The notes: generated from the sequence alone by a model not told the origin. A stretch of 64,000 nucleotides of DNA from Lepidodermella squamata (GCA_047495785.1 JBLDXI010000001.1:1178001-1242000), one strand, 5' to 3'. Counted from the first letter of the stretch, positions 1 through 11,693 are shown. Translations and numbers: made by a program.

Positions 1-121
1 TTGCGTTGCCTAATTCATTATAATTTTCGGCAAATTTTTCCATAAATCGCCGCGTGGCATCGTAATCCGGCTGTGCGTCCGGACCATCCGGTAGCATTTG
101 CTTCACCTCGGGAGTATCCAT
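1..121 (-). CDS. 5' end of a further cytosolic sulfotransferase, truncated by window edge
   Basis: ATG at 121 gives MDTPEVKQMLPDGPDAQPDYDATRRFMEKFAENYNELGNA, matching the N-termini of downstream paralogs (FMSEFAEMVKPLGN, FMSEFADMFNLLGN). Same strand as the array. Not in ORF track. Confidence 0.7.
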   Translation of the reverse strand, partial: MDTPEVKQMLPDGPDAQPDYDATRRFMEKFAENYNELGNA

Positions 122-1305
122 TTTCTTCGGACTTTGTAACTGTGCTTGAAATGGGTGGGATTATTAAGCTATAAGAATACTTATGTGTGGCCGGCAGAAA
201 AAACCCGACGATAGTCGAGATAAGGATGTACAGAAAACTAATCCGCTACTACAATAACAAGTTATCTCATCCTATGGTAGATTTTTGTCCTATTCACGGA
301 GTAAATTGAGTATCAGGTCAAAAAATAATCATAGCATACACGTGACGGGACTGTTATTTACAATCAGCAAATTTCAGAAATAATATTATAACGGTACCAA
401 GAATCAGGTCCATTTTCTGCTCATTGAGGTCTCTAATGTAGAGGACGAGCAAAAAGATAAAAATAAGCTATTAAACGCAGCTTAATAAATCAGGTCATTG
501 CTATAATTAGACAATTTAAAAGGCGATTGCGACCTCAACATAAATTGCCCACTATAATCCACTAATACTCTCTCTAAAGCTTTTTCATTTGACAGTTGAC
601 ATCGGACAATATTAGCTTTTCAATTGCGGAAGGCTAGCCGGATCGAACAGACAAAGGATTTTATATTTGACGAATTTACGTGAAAAAATCCCGGGATTTT
701 ATTTAAAATAATTTTTATAAAAAAAATTAATTGACGAAATCGGTTAAATTTAACCTGAAGTCACATTCACGTCAAAACTAGTAATTTTGAATGTCACGTG
801 GGCACGTGCCCTTTAATCCTCGAAAACTGGGAAGTACAAAAATCAATTATTTAATCCTCACTTGACCTGCCGATTGCTGCTCTAGACAGTGTTTGATTCA
901 ACACGTGCCAAAATAGTAATCTTCGCTGTTCCGTTCACTCGCGTCTTGAAAGGTTCACTCACGATGCATTCTATGGTAGCCACTAAACATCCGGTGCTGG
1001 AGACGAAACATCGTGCCTCGCTGATCGAAGCGTTCGAATGTTATGGCATAGCACGCGTAATGTATCTACGAAAAATTCACATTTTTTGAAATTTGATTCG
1101 AAATTTCGAGCACCTGACTTCCTCCTATATGCATTGTCCCGATGAAGCGAACGCGAGAAAAACAGCCGCTTCCTCCCGTCGTGAAAGCTTTGACCGAGCG
1201 CTGTAAGATGATCTTAATGCATAGGCCAAGGTCAAGGTTAAATAGATCAGAAATTATTCATTTTTCGCCGCTTCTTCCTCATCATTTCAAAGGTCAATTA
1301 AAGAA

Positions 1306-3648
1306 ATGATGAAAACCGCAGTTTTCGGCCTGATTGCTTTCGATGCAATTATGGCTCAGAATTTACTTGTCAAGCAAAATATAACAATCCTAGCTCTAGT
1401 CCCTGTTACCGGGCAAAGTCCATTCAATGGCAGATTATGCTCAGCCGCGATGCAAATAGCGATCGATGCAGTGAACGAAAATCGAAATATTCTACCTGAT
1501 TACCACGTTTCAGCTCGGTATGTCGACGAAGGTCCTCAAACATTGGTTGGGATAAAAAATCTCATCGCATTCAACGACGACGCAACAATTCGAAAAGCCC
1601 CGATCATAGTCGGGCCGATGAATGCCTGCCAAAACATCGCACCGGTCGCTCGGGGCTTGAACTACGTCCAAGTCACCACGCGATGCGCCGGGCCGGTTTT
1701 TACTGCAAATAGGAAGGCCTTTCCTAACCTGTACCGCATCGTCCGTCCTAACGAGATGATGGAAATAGAGCTGCTGTACTTCGCGAAGGAAATCGGTATG
1801 TGGAACCAGGTCGGCTTCGTCTTCTCGACTCGCGTTGTTCCATCTACAACATGGCCGATAGCTGCGAGAAAGGCTGGGATAGACATTTTATTCTACGGAG
1901 GCGCGACTGACTACAACTCTGAGTTCATGCTGACTTTGAAGCTATCCAAGGCGAGAATTATCATCGCATCTCTTCAAGACGCGCCGTCGATAGTTCAATT
2001 TCTATGCGAGGCTTACCTCGCTGGTATTCGGGGGTCTCAATACGTGTTCCTCCTGGTTTCGCCGATAATTGATGTCTTGGGGATCAATCTGACGCCAGGC
2101 TGTACTCGTGACGCTTTTCTCGAGCAAATTAAGATAACCTTCAGAGTTGGCGAGATCAGCGAATCGTCTAATACTACGAAAGTTACCTCGCTTGGCTACA
2201 GCGTCGATGAATTTGAACGGAGGCTCGATAATAGGACTAATAAGGACCGGGGTCAGGAATACGCTGTCCGTTTCAATTGCCACGATGCTATGCAACACGC
2301 CCTGCTGACCCTAGACAACGCCGCTAGAACTCTGCGAAACATCTCTTCCCCGCTTCGATTGGTCGATTTCTCAGAGGAAGTCATGAAAGTTGTGAATCAA
2401 AGCTCGGCTACAACTGATATGATCTCGCTATTCGATAACATGGAATTTTCGAATCGAATCGAGCGGGACAACAAATTTGTCCACGTGATGCAGTGGGTCA
2501 ATAACACCCCGGTCAACGTCTACATGCTGTGGTATCCGTCTAAAGATCCAGAGGGGCAGATGGATATAACAAAGCATAGGTCTTTGAAAATCGCGAATAT
2601 TGTATGGTCGACCCGAAGTGGCAAACCGCCGAAAGATTTGTCGAAAATTCTCGAAATTCAAGAAGTTGAAACTACTACGTCCATCCTAAGCGCGGTCTTA
2701 GTGTTAACCATCATCTTCCTACTATTAGCCTCAGGAATGGTCGTTGTATTTGTCGCGAGACATCAAAAATTGAAAATTATGAAGAGTCGGCTGGAAAAAG
2801 TTTCCCTTGGCCTAATCAGTCTTGCTGTTGCCTTCCTGAATATCGCGGCAATAATGTTTCAAATTCAAAGCTCTAATTCTGTCTGCCCGCTTCGAGTGAT
2901 TTTCCTGTCATTTGGGACGTCAACCCTCGGGCTTGGGCTACTTCTCATGACAAGCCGGTTGAAAAGGTCGATCACTTCAACTCCTCTTCAATCTGTCAAA
3001 ACAATGTTCAGCAGCAAAAGTAAGAAAAAGAAACGGATGAATGCTTCAGTTTCAAGCATTAATTCTACCAAAACTAAGCAGCCAGTGAATGCGTCTGAAA
3101 TCGGCGAGGGAGGCGCTGGGAAAAGCCGCAAATTTTTTATATTCTGCTTCTTCTCGTTCATTGCCCCAATGATCACAACGTGGGTGTGGATGGTAATTGA
3201 TACGCCGGTTAACATAAAATCGCGAAGTATCGAGGCTTTCGACGACACCTTGGACTCGTATTTTGTGTCAGTGGGCAGTTTCTGTGGCTCAAATCACGAG
3301 ATCTATATGGTTTTGCCGATCGGATGCGTCAATGTTGTATCGCTACTCGGCGTTTTGCTAGCGTCTCTAATGAAGGGTAAAGGCGTTGGCCCGCAGCAGA
3401 GCATGGTTTTAGGTCTGAAATACGCGTCGATAAACGCGATTTTCATCTATCTCGCAACTCTCGGCCTCGCCGTTTCGATTCGAGATCAAGTTTGGCTGAG
3501 TGCTGTGTGGTCGATTGGCATTATCATTTTCGCAAATTCGTGCTATTTCTTCTCAATTGCGTTGCCGATCATTTTACAGCTGCTGAGCAAGGAAGTTCCG
3601 GTGCATGCTCCTCTTCAAAGCAGTTTGTCAAAAGGACGAGCTGTTTAG
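1306..3648 (+). CDS. Class C GPCR, GABA-B-receptor-like (Venus flytrap domain + 7TM), intronless, 780 aa
   Basis: Signal peptide; AMQIAIDAVNENRNILPDY and FPNLYRIVRP flytrap motifs; W...PPKD linker with no cysteine-rich domain; seven hydrophobic segments; short C-tail. Confidence 0.85.
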   Translation: MMKTAVFGLIAFDAIMAQNLLVKQNITILALVPVTGQSPFNGRLCSAAMQIAIDAVNENRNILPDYHVSARYVDEGPQTLVGIKNLIAFNDDATIRKAPIIVGPMNACQNIAPVARGLNYVQVTTRCAGPVFTANRKAFPNLYRIVRPNEMMEIELLYFAKEIGMWNQVGFVFSTRVVPSTTWPIAARKAGIDILFYGGATDYNSEFMLTLKLSKARIIIASLQDAPSIVQFLCEAYLAGIRGSQYVFLLVSPIIDVLGINLTPGCTRDAFLEQIKITFRVGEISESSNTTKVTSLGYSVDEFERRLDNRTNKDRGQEYAVRFNCHDAMQHALLTLDNAARTLRNISSPLRLVDFSEEVMKVVNQSSATTDMISLFDNMEFSNRIERDNKFVHVMQWVNNTPVNVYMLWYPSKDPEGQMDITKHRSLKIANIVWSTRSGKPPKDLSKILEIQEVETTTSILSAVLVLTIIFLLLASGMVVVFVARHQKLKIMKSRLEKVSLGLISLAVAFLNIAAIMFQIQSSNSVCPLRVIFLSFGTSTLGLGLLLMTSRLKRSITSTPLQSVKTMFSSKSKKKKRMNASVSSINSTKTKQPVNASEIGEGGAGKSRKFFIFCFFSFIAPMITTWVWMVIDTPVNIKSRSIEAFDDTLDSYFVSVGSFCGSNHEIYMVLPIGCVNVVSLLGVLLASLMKGKGVGPQQSMVLGLKYASINAIFIYLATLGLAVSIRDQVWLSAVWSIGIIIFANSCYFFSIALPIILQLLSKEVPVHAPLQSSLSKGRAV

Positions 3649-3975
3649 TTAGGTACATTATTCTTCTTCGAGTTTTTTGTTTCAATCTACGTGTTTTTAC
3701 TCCGCTTCCTGTTCAAGAAATTTTACTTTGGTTAGTCAGTGGTATATTAAGAGCCTGAAAATAAATGTGAAAAACGCAACAAATGACAAACATCTTTTCT
3801 AGAGATAAAAATCTGCTCAAATAGTTCCAAAATCCTACCTGCAAATTTTGGGAATTTTTAATTTCTTTTATTAAATTTTGCTAATCTCGTAGGTATAATT
3901 AGCTGGTAATTTTTAAAAACAAAGAAGAGACAAAATTATAATAATATAATATTTTTTATTTTTTTATGAGTGTAC

Positions 3976-4198
3976 GACTTTTCAGCAGTGACAATTCAGC
4001 AAATGAGGGTCAAATGAGCAGTGACTTTTTATCAGTGACAAATGAGCAGTGACATTTGAGCTGCGACCTTTGCGCAGTGACAAATCATCAGTGACAAGTC
4101 TGCAGTGTAATTTATCCTAAATTTTCCTAATTTATTATCTTCTGAATAGTCACTGCTGATTTGACCCTCATTTGCTGAAGTGTCACTGCTGAAAAGTC
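3976..4198. mobile_element. MITE/foldback element with 51-bp terminal inverted repeats and internal ~15-bp CAGTGAC repeats
   Basis: 3976-4026 is the reverse complement of 4148-4198 with 2 mismatches; cagtgacaaatgag-like units repeat between the arms. Confidence 0.75.
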
Positions 4199-4345
4199 TG
4201 ACCACGCTGAGGTGGATTCTCTAATTTTCCGATTTTACTTTTCTTTCTTTAAAACCCAAACGTGTCCAAGTTTCTACCGGAAGATTATCACAATCAAAAA
4301 ATAATTAATAAAATATTATAATTAATTAATATTATCAAAAAATAG

Positions 4346-5317
4346 CTATTCGCTAGGAATAATCAATTCTGGTGGCAAATTTTCAGCGATATATTTGTCA
4401 AAATCAGCCAATAATTGCGGATCTGTGAAGTGATTACGCCAGTCACCGACTACGCCCTTACGAATGAAATCAGCATCCTTCGCGAACACGCCAGCCTGCT
4501 TCGCATCAGTCCAGTTGTAGGCTTCGTTGTTCCGCATTTTCGAAAAACTAGTATGCTCACGGATCTTTTCAACCGTCGCATCATCAAGCTCTTTACCGAG
4601 GTGAGCGGCAATTTTCCGAATGGTTCCAGCATGGTCCTTTTTCATTTCCTCATATCGAAGAATGAGAATGTCTTTACCATTCTCTTTAAGCTGATTGTAA
4701 GACCTCACATGAAGGTGATATGGTCCGTATAGAAATTTACCCTCGATGTAGTCCCTAGCCCATTGATCAAACGTTAGTTTAAATGGCCAGGTCTCGTTAT
4801 CCGAAGCGACTTGTTCATGGTAGAAGGAAACCGCAGCATCTTTGGCGTTTCGATAAATGTAGATCAGTTTCGCTTTGAATATGTTCTTAGGCAGCAGGCT
4901 GGGTTGTAGATGTGAGCTCAGGATCTTCGGCCCAGGTTTCGCGGCGAAGCTCTCCAGCGCAGTTGGCGTCAGAGGTTTCGGCAGCTCCAACAGCATGACT
5001 TCCTCAGGCGGCGGTGGGTTGTCGAAATTTCCGGTTTTTATCAGATACGAAATATAATGAACCCAATGCGTGCCACATTTCGGGAAACTCAACACAGCTA
5101 CGTCGTCCGAAGTTACCGGAAAGTTGTAGATTTGAGGGTAGAAAAGTGGGAAGAAAGCAGGCAGCCAGTGGTCTCGAAACAACGCGCGAGGCATACCGTC
5201 GTCATTGTTGCCTAACGGCTTGACCATTTCGGCAAATTCTGACATGAAGTCAGCCTCATTTTCAGGTGCGCTAGGGTGAACTTTTTCCGGCTTACCGGCT
5301 TCGGAAGCGGCTGCCAT
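4346..5317 (-). CDS. Cytosolic sulfotransferase (class A), intronless, 323 aa
   Basis: PSB loop SFPKCGTHW, catalytic His in ILSSHL, YRNAKDAAVSFY, RKGVVGDW. Likely start is ATG 5317. Confidence 0.93.
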   Translation of the reverse strand: MAAASEAGKPEKVHPSAPENEADFMSEFAEMVKPLGNNDDGMPRALFRDHWLPAFFPLFYPQIYNFPVTSDDVAVLSFPKCGTHWVHYISYLIKTGNFDNPPPPEEVMLLELPKPLTPTALESFAAKPGPKILSSHLQPSLLPKNIFKAKLIYIYRNAKDAAVSFYHEQVASDNETWPFKLTFDQWARDYIEGKFLYGPYHLHVRSYNQLKENGKDILILRYEEMKKDHAGTIRKIAAHLGKELDDATVEKIREHTSFSKMRNNEAYNWTDAKQAGVFAKDADFIRKGVVGDWRNHFTDPQLLADFDKYIAENLPPELIIPSE

Positions 5318-5647
5318 GCTTACAGAACGAAAATTATCAAAACCGAAAAACAACACCAAATAATATCTGGCGTGGAGGGCAAATTTGGAGCTGAATACTC
5401 CCTTCAATAATTTTTTATCATCATGGTCTTATCTTTCTCCACATGCTCGAAAACATCATAAGTGATAAGCGACGACCCACTTTTCATGCGTTTTGCGGTT
5501 CAAAACTAGCCGGTTACACATTATAGCCTTAATTTCATGAAATTAACATTGGAAATCAAATTAGTTTAAAATTTTTGATTCCTCATGTCTGAAAGGTGAT
5601 AGGAAATTTAAAATAAAACAGCGACAATTTGATATAGCGAGCATTAG

Positions 5648-6675
5648 TTATTCGCAAGGTATGAGTAGTTCAGCTGGCACATTTTTCTTGATAAATTCCT
5701 CGAAATCGGACAACAGTTTCGGGTCCTTGAAGTGATTGCGCCAGTCCCCGATTTCGCCCTTGCGGATAAATTCGGCATCTTTGGCGAACATTCCGCTCTT
5801 CTTCAAATCGGACCAGTTGTAGCCATCGTTATTGCGCATGCTGGAGAAGCTAGTTTTCTCGCGAATCTTCTCAACAGTTTCGTCGTCCAAGTCCTTGCCA
5901 AGGAAAGCAGCAATCTTACGAATTGACCCACTGTGATCCTGATATGAAAATAACAATGAAAGCGTTCGAAAATAATTCAATTTTCAGCTAAAACCTTTTT
6001 CATATCTTCGTATCGAAGAATCAAAATATTCTTGCCTTCCTTTCTCAGTTTTTCGTAACTCTCGACGTGAGACGGATAGGGTCCGAACGCGAATTTACCC
6101 TCGATGAATGTTCTCGCGAACTCGTCGAAAGTGGGCTTAAACGGGCTGATAGGGTTATCCATAGCTCGCTGATGATGATAGAATGAAACGCAGGCATCTT
6201 TCGCATTGCGGTAGATGTAGATGACCTTTCCGTTGAAAACGTTCTTCGGCAACAGGTCAGCCGCCAAATGCGAGCTCAAAACTTTCGGACCAGGTTTTGC
6301 TGCAAACCGTTCCAGTGCTGCTTGCAAGCCCGGCCGCGGAATCTCAAGTAGTCCTCGCTCGTCTGGCGGCGGTCCGTTGTCGAAATTTCCAGTTGTGATC
6401 AAATAGACGGTATAGTGCAACCAATGAGTTCCGCTCTTCGGGAAGCTCAGCACCGTAACATCTTCAGGCTTGATGGGGAAGTTGTAGATTTGAGGCCAGT
6501 AAATGGGCAAGAATACGGGTAGCCATTGCCCGTGAAACAAAGCGACAGGCATCCCATGTTCAGTGTTGCTAAGCGGCTTAAACGTTTCCGTTAACTTGGC
6601 CAACATTTCCAAGCGGTCCTTAAGTCCCTGATTGCCGCCATCCGATTGTTTTTCTGCCTCTGATGGCACTGACAT
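5648..6675 (-). CDS. Cytosolic sulfotransferase (class A), 2 exons (6675-5995, 5938-5648)
   Basis: FPKSGTHW, SSHL, RNAKD, RKGEIGDW; 56-nt GT-AG phase-0 intron 5939-5994 at MKK|DH. Confidence 0.93.
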
Positions 6676-6944
6676 TTCGGCGAAAATGATACTTTATACG
6701 AAAAACACCCTAAATCCTAAATCTTGAATTGATCTTGAAGTAGTGAATGCAGAGGCTGCTCTTTTTACTAAAACTGACGCATGCCAAGGCGAGTTATTAC
6801 CGCAAAACCCGAAAACAACTGTCGGGTGAAAAAAGTAGAGGCTGGCAAGGGCCCTCCTAGTATCCATGTTTCTTAGTATTTCCCCAAATTGAAAGTGTCC
6901 ATATATGAGCCATTTTGAAAGTGCGCATTGACCCGAGGCTAAAT

Positions 6945-7025
6945 GAGCATGATAAGAACATGGGTGCAACGGCAACCGCAAGCTGCCATAGATAACCCGC
7001 GCCCTTACCACACCCTGTTGTTGCA
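6945..7025. promoter_or_regulatory. Conserved upstream module of class A sulfotransferases (two GATA sites + CACCC box)
   Basis: TGATAAGA...AGCTG...AGATAAC...CCACACC recurs ~190-390 nt upstream of four paralogs (here, ~8767-8855, ~13225-13305, ~15845-15925). Confidence 0.55.
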
Positions 7026-7555
7026 GTCTTGATGGGTTTTACCGCTTGAGCTAAGGAGACAATTCTTGCTTTCTGATGAAGCCGGATAATTGAGTTTTTC
7101 TTGCCAGATCATGCAAGGTGTAACAATTGCTTTTCATTGACAGCTACAGGCGACGTCATAAAAGGTTATTTTAGATTCGATTTAGATTCGTCTCATTCAG
7201 ATTAATTTTGAATTTTTCAAATGACATGAGAAATCATTTCGACGCTAGGAATGAAACAACAGCCTGAGCACGGCCTGAGCTAAAATAAAAGTTAGCTTCG
7301 TTTTGTCTATTTCAGCGCGCAAGTGTGTGTTGCTATCATGGTTTCAACTCTAAACTTTAATCCGAAATAAACGTTATCCGGTTGTTCGTGGAGATCTTGT
7401 GATGACTCTCTTCATGGCAGTCTTCTTGGCTAACTCATGGTTAAGTTTTTCACCTCAAAATATATTAGCGCTCTTTAACAATCATCACGAATCGGTGAAC
7501 CAAAATAATCAGAAGTCATATTTTACAACAAAAATAAATTTGACAGCACAGTGAG

Positions 7556-8578
7556 CTATTCGCTAGGTATAACCAGTTCAGCGGGCACATTTTTCTTGAT
7601 GAACTCCTCGAAATCAGCCAGCAGTTTCGGGTCTTTGAAGTGATTGCGCCAGTCGCCGATTTCGCCCTTGCGAATAAATTCGGCATCTTTGGCGAACATT
7701 CCACTTTTTTTCATCTCGGACCAGTTGTAGCCATCGTTGTTACGCATGCTAGAAAAGCTCGTTTTCTCACGAATCTTCTCAACCGTTTCGTCATCCAAGT
7801 CCTTACCGAGAAAAGCGGCAATCCTACGAATTGCCCCGATGTGATCCTGATACATAGACACAGGAATTAAGGTGGAAATTAATTTAAAAATGTGCCAAAC
7901 CTTTTTCATATCCTCATATCGAAGAATCAAAATATTCTTGCCCTCCTGTTTCAATTTCTCGTAGCCCTCGACGTGAGACGGATAGGGTCCAAACATGAAT
8001 TTACCCTCGATGAACGTCCGCGCAAATTCTTCGAAAGAGAGTTTAAAAGGCCTGGTAGGACTATCCATAGCTCGTTGATGGTGATAGAATGAAACGCAGG
8101 CATCCTTGGCGTTGCGGTAGATGTAGATAACTTTACCGTTAAAAACGTTCTTCGGCAACAGGTCAGCCGCCAGATGCGAGCTCAACACTTTTGGACCAGG
8201 TTTTGCTGCCAACCGCTCTAATGCCGCTGGCGCGTCCGGCCGTGGCAGCTCCAGAAGCCCTCGCTCATCTGGCGGTGGTCCACTATCGAAATTTCCAGTA
8301 GTAATCAAATAGACAGTGTAGTGCAGCCAGTGAGTTCCACTTTTCGGGAAACTCAATACTGCAACGTCGTCAGGCTTTAAAGAGAAGTTGTAGATTTGAG
8401 GCCAGTAGATCGGCAAGAATACGGGTAGCCATTGGCCATGAAACAAGGCGACAGGCAGCCCATGTTCATTGTTGCTTAGCGGCTTGAACGTTTCCATTAA
8501 GTTTTTCATCATTTCCGCGTAATCATTTTGTGCTTGATTGCTGCCGACCGATTGTTTTTCTGGCGATGACTCTGACAT
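7556..8578 (-). CDS. Cytosolic sulfotransferase (class A), 2 exons (8578-7901, 7846-7556)
   Basis: Same motifs; 54-nt stop-free GT-AG intron 7847-7900 at MKK|DH; start MSESSPEK at 8578. Confidence 0.93.
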   Translation of the reverse strand: MSESSPEKQSVGSNQAQNDYAEMMKNLMETFKPLSNNEHGLPVALFHGQWLPVFLPIYWPQIYNFSLKPDDVAVLSFPKSGTHWLHYTVYLITTGNFDSGPPPDERGLLELPRPDAPAALERLAAKPGPKVLSSHLAADLLPKNVFNGKVIYIYRNAKDACVSFYHHQRAMDSPTRPFKLSFEEFARTFIEGKFMFGPYPSHVEGYEKLKQEGKNILILRYEDMKKVWHIFKLISTLIPVSMYQDHIGAIRRIAAFLGKDLDDETVEKIREKTSFSSMRNNDGYNWSEMKKSGMFAKDAEFIRKGEIGDWRNHFKDPKLLADFEEFIKKNVPAELVIPSE

Positions 8579-8879
8579 TGGAAAAGATATAGGTATTGGA
8601 AAAACCCTATAACGTAGGACATATTTGAATTGGCGATTTTTATTTTCTAATTGCAGAGGTGGAAACACATGACTTCTTTCACTTTTAGCCTGACACATTC
8701 CATGACGAGTTGCTTACAGTAAGCCCATTTTGAAAATGGCGAATTGACCTGCAAGATAGGTAAATGCGAGCATGATAAGAACAAGAGGAATGAGGCGCAA
8801 AAACCACCACATGCTGAAATAGATAACACACGCCCTTACCACACCCGGCATTTGCAGTTTCGGTGGGTCTCACTGTTTT

Positions 8880-9760
8880 GCCGGTTCACAAAGTTCAGAT
8901 AAGCAGACTGCAGTTTCCAGAAATGGTTGATATGGATGATTTTTTCCAGGATTATATATGTAAACTGTCAATCTCCGTCGTGGAAGATGATCGAAGATTG
9001 GATCCAAGCTTGCTTACATTTTCGATTAACTTTCATGACGGGGTCAAAAAGGAACATCGCATTATTAAAGGTCAGGCCTCAAATAATGGTCAGTTCGCCC
9101 ACGCTTGTATCACAATTTCATGATTCATATAAATTTCGGATTGGTTAAAAGGAATTTGAATTCTACTACCTACTCGTCGGCTTCTCCTCGGGTTAAAATT
9201 CCGAGCATGTGCCAAGATTATATGCCGATTCAGAGGCGACTGGAAGCGTTGTAGCTGCATATCGAATAACGACATGTAATGCGGTGTGAAGGGTTCGAAA
9301 TAATAAAGGTCAGGCTTCGAATAGAGGGCGGTCTCAAATATAAGACGGAGTTTCGACTTTGTTTGAAAAAGGACAGGCCCATCGATTCGGACAGTACGGT
9401 CAAAGATTCGGCCGTCAGTCCTGTTCGGATTATTATTTGGTTCATTCAGCATTTGAAGTCTTGATAACATTTCAGGGCGTCTTTAATGGGCGCGCTCAAT
9501 ATGTCGAGCCAAAACCTGCTCGAGCCCCAGCCAATTAAATCGCCTCAACTTAATCGCTTTTAACTGGCGATCTCGGTATCTGCAGCCCCAATCCGAAGCT
9601 AACTCGAGCCAGTTGTTCGTGGATATCTCGCGATGAACTTCTTTGTCACAGCCATCTAGCTGACCCATGATTACGTTTATATTCAACCCTTTACGAACTT
9701 GAAAATTATCACGAAAAGTCGAATTCGTTAATCATCTTTGATTGCTTTAATCATCATGTA
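8880..9760 (-). pseudogene. Decayed unidentified coding sequence between sulfotransferase genes
   Basis: ORFs 9686-9483 and 9470-9090 share a frame, separated by one TAA. A further protein-like stretch with one stop lies at ~9075-8880. Degenerate homologous blocks occur in other spacers. Confidence 0.4.
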
Positions 9761-9814
9761 CACATAATCAACAAAAATATTCACATCTTGATAGCGCTCT
9801 TCATAGCTAGAAAA

Positions 9815-10856
9815 TTATTCGCAAGGTATAACCAGTTCAGCGGGCACATTTTTCTTGATAAACTCCTCGAAATCAGCCAACAGTTTCGGGTCCTTGAAAT
9901 GATTGCGCCAGTCGCCGATTTCGCCCTTGCGAATAAACTCGGCATCATTGGCAACCATTCCTCGCTTCTTCAGCTCAGACCAGTTATAGCCTTCGTTGTT
10001 TCGCATACTGGAAAAGCTCGTTTTCTCGCGAATCCTCTCTACAGTTTCGTCGTCCAACTCCTTGCCGAGAAAGGCTGCAATTTTACGAATAGAGCCGGTG
10101 TGATCCTTATTTAGTCGAAACAATTAAGGTGGACACTATACTTATCATATTTTCTTGCCAAACCTTTTTCATATCCTCATATCGAAGAATCAAAATATTT
10201 TTGCCATCCTGTTTCAGTTTCTCGAAGCCTACGACGTGGGATGGATACGGTCCACTCACAAATTTTCCTTCAATGAATTTTCTCGCAAACTCGTCGAAGG
10301 TGAGTTTGAACGGCATGATCGGATTGTCCATCGCCCGTTGATGGTGATAGAGTGACACGCAGGCATCCTTGGCGTTGCGGTAGATGTAGATGACTTTCCC
10401 GTTGAAAATATTCTTCGGCAGCAGGTCAGCTGACAAATGCGAGCTCAAAATCCGCGGCCCTGGCTTTGCGGCTAATCGCTCCAATGCCCCTTGCTCGCCT
10501 GGCTGAGGAAGCTCAAGAAGCCCCCGCTCGTCCGGCGGTGGTGGGCTATCGAAATTCCCAGTTTTGATCAAGTAAACAATGTAGTGCAGCCAATGGGTTC
10601 CGCTCTTAGGGAAACTGAGCACTGCAACGTCGTCAGACTTGACAGGAAAGTTGTAGATTTGAGGCCAGTAGATCGGCAGGAAGACTGGCATCCACTGGCC
10701 GTGAAATAAAGCGAAAGGCATCCCTTCGTCGTTGTTGCCAAGTGGCTTGAACATTTCCGTAAATTTGTTCATCATTGCCAAGTGGTCAGTTTGCTCATGA
10801 TTGCCATCGGCTATTTGCCCCTCAGTTCCCGATGGCATCAGCATTGCCGCAGACAT
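9815..10856 (-). CDS. Cytosolic sulfotransferase (class A), 2 exons (10856-10164, 10105-9815)
   Basis: Same motifs; 58-nt GT-AG intron 10106-10163 at MKK|DH. Confidence 0.93.
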
Positions 10857-11646
10857 TTATATATTATGGGAAAAAATCTGAAAACCTAAGGATATAAATT
10901 TTTAAAATCTTAATCGGCAATAATAAGTTTCTGAGGTTTCTAAGGTTCCGGCAGCCGCATTACAAAACATCGCCAAGAAGAACAACGCCCAGCGCTAACA
11001 CACGATATCCATAAGTCGAATTTTGTCTACCCAGAAGTCAAAAATGTGTTAGTCAGGTTGTTTACTCACACGCATGTTATAGCTCAGCCCAAAGATACGC
11101 GAAGCTGTGTTACGGATTTACACAGAATTTCAGCCGCCGTAGAATACAACAAATACCTACATTGCGATTATAAGTAAAATTTGTTGGCGCAAAATTTATT
11201 GGCGCATACATTTCAACGGTAATTTTATTTTGCGAAATGTCGCAGCGACCTAATCGCAGCGAACCGAGACAAAAAACGATCGAGATTCGCGATAGAAAAT
11301 AGCTATTTTTCGGAAAATTACCAAAAAATTTGCAAATAATATTATGCGGTATATAAATTCATGAATAATAACGAAATGGCAGGTCATCAACAATGAAACG
11401 TCCGATGAACTGCCGTAGCTTCAGTTTTAATGGTCTGTTACTTATACCTCAGACCGGTTCTACAAGAAGCAGATTCAGATAAATATCTGAAACCATTTTA
11501 TTATTTACTCCACCCGTTTACAGGTGATCGTTCGGCAACAGTATTGCTATCTATTAAACTAGACGAGGAATCGTTTTAAAGGAAAAAATGTCATTTTTGA
11601 GTGAGGTGAAATTGGTCGCGCAAAAACTTGCTCAGAGCGCCAGCCA

Positions 11647-11693
11647 AAATTAGGTCTCAAATTAGGTCAAATTAGGTCGCCCCAAATTAGATC
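11647..11693 (+). repeat. Short tandem repeat of AAATTAGGTC (4 imperfect copies)
   Basis: aaattaggtctc aaattaggtc aaattaggtcgccc aaattagatc read directly. Confidence 0.7.

Noticed and set aside
515-815. TTAA-flanked transposon ending in cacgtgccctttaa
   Set aside because: Only one convincing end is visible; no matching inverted terminus could be identified.
3976-4198. CRISPR-like array from the CAGTGAC repeats (also 13640-13725, 31627-31678)
   Set aside because: Units are ~15-21 bp, adjacent and degenerate, lack unique spacers and cas genes, and lie within inverted-repeat elements.
5938-6000. Frameshifted pseudogenes or programmed frameshifting in the split sulfotransferase ORFs
   Set aside because: Every break is explained by a canonical short GT-AG intron at a conserved position.
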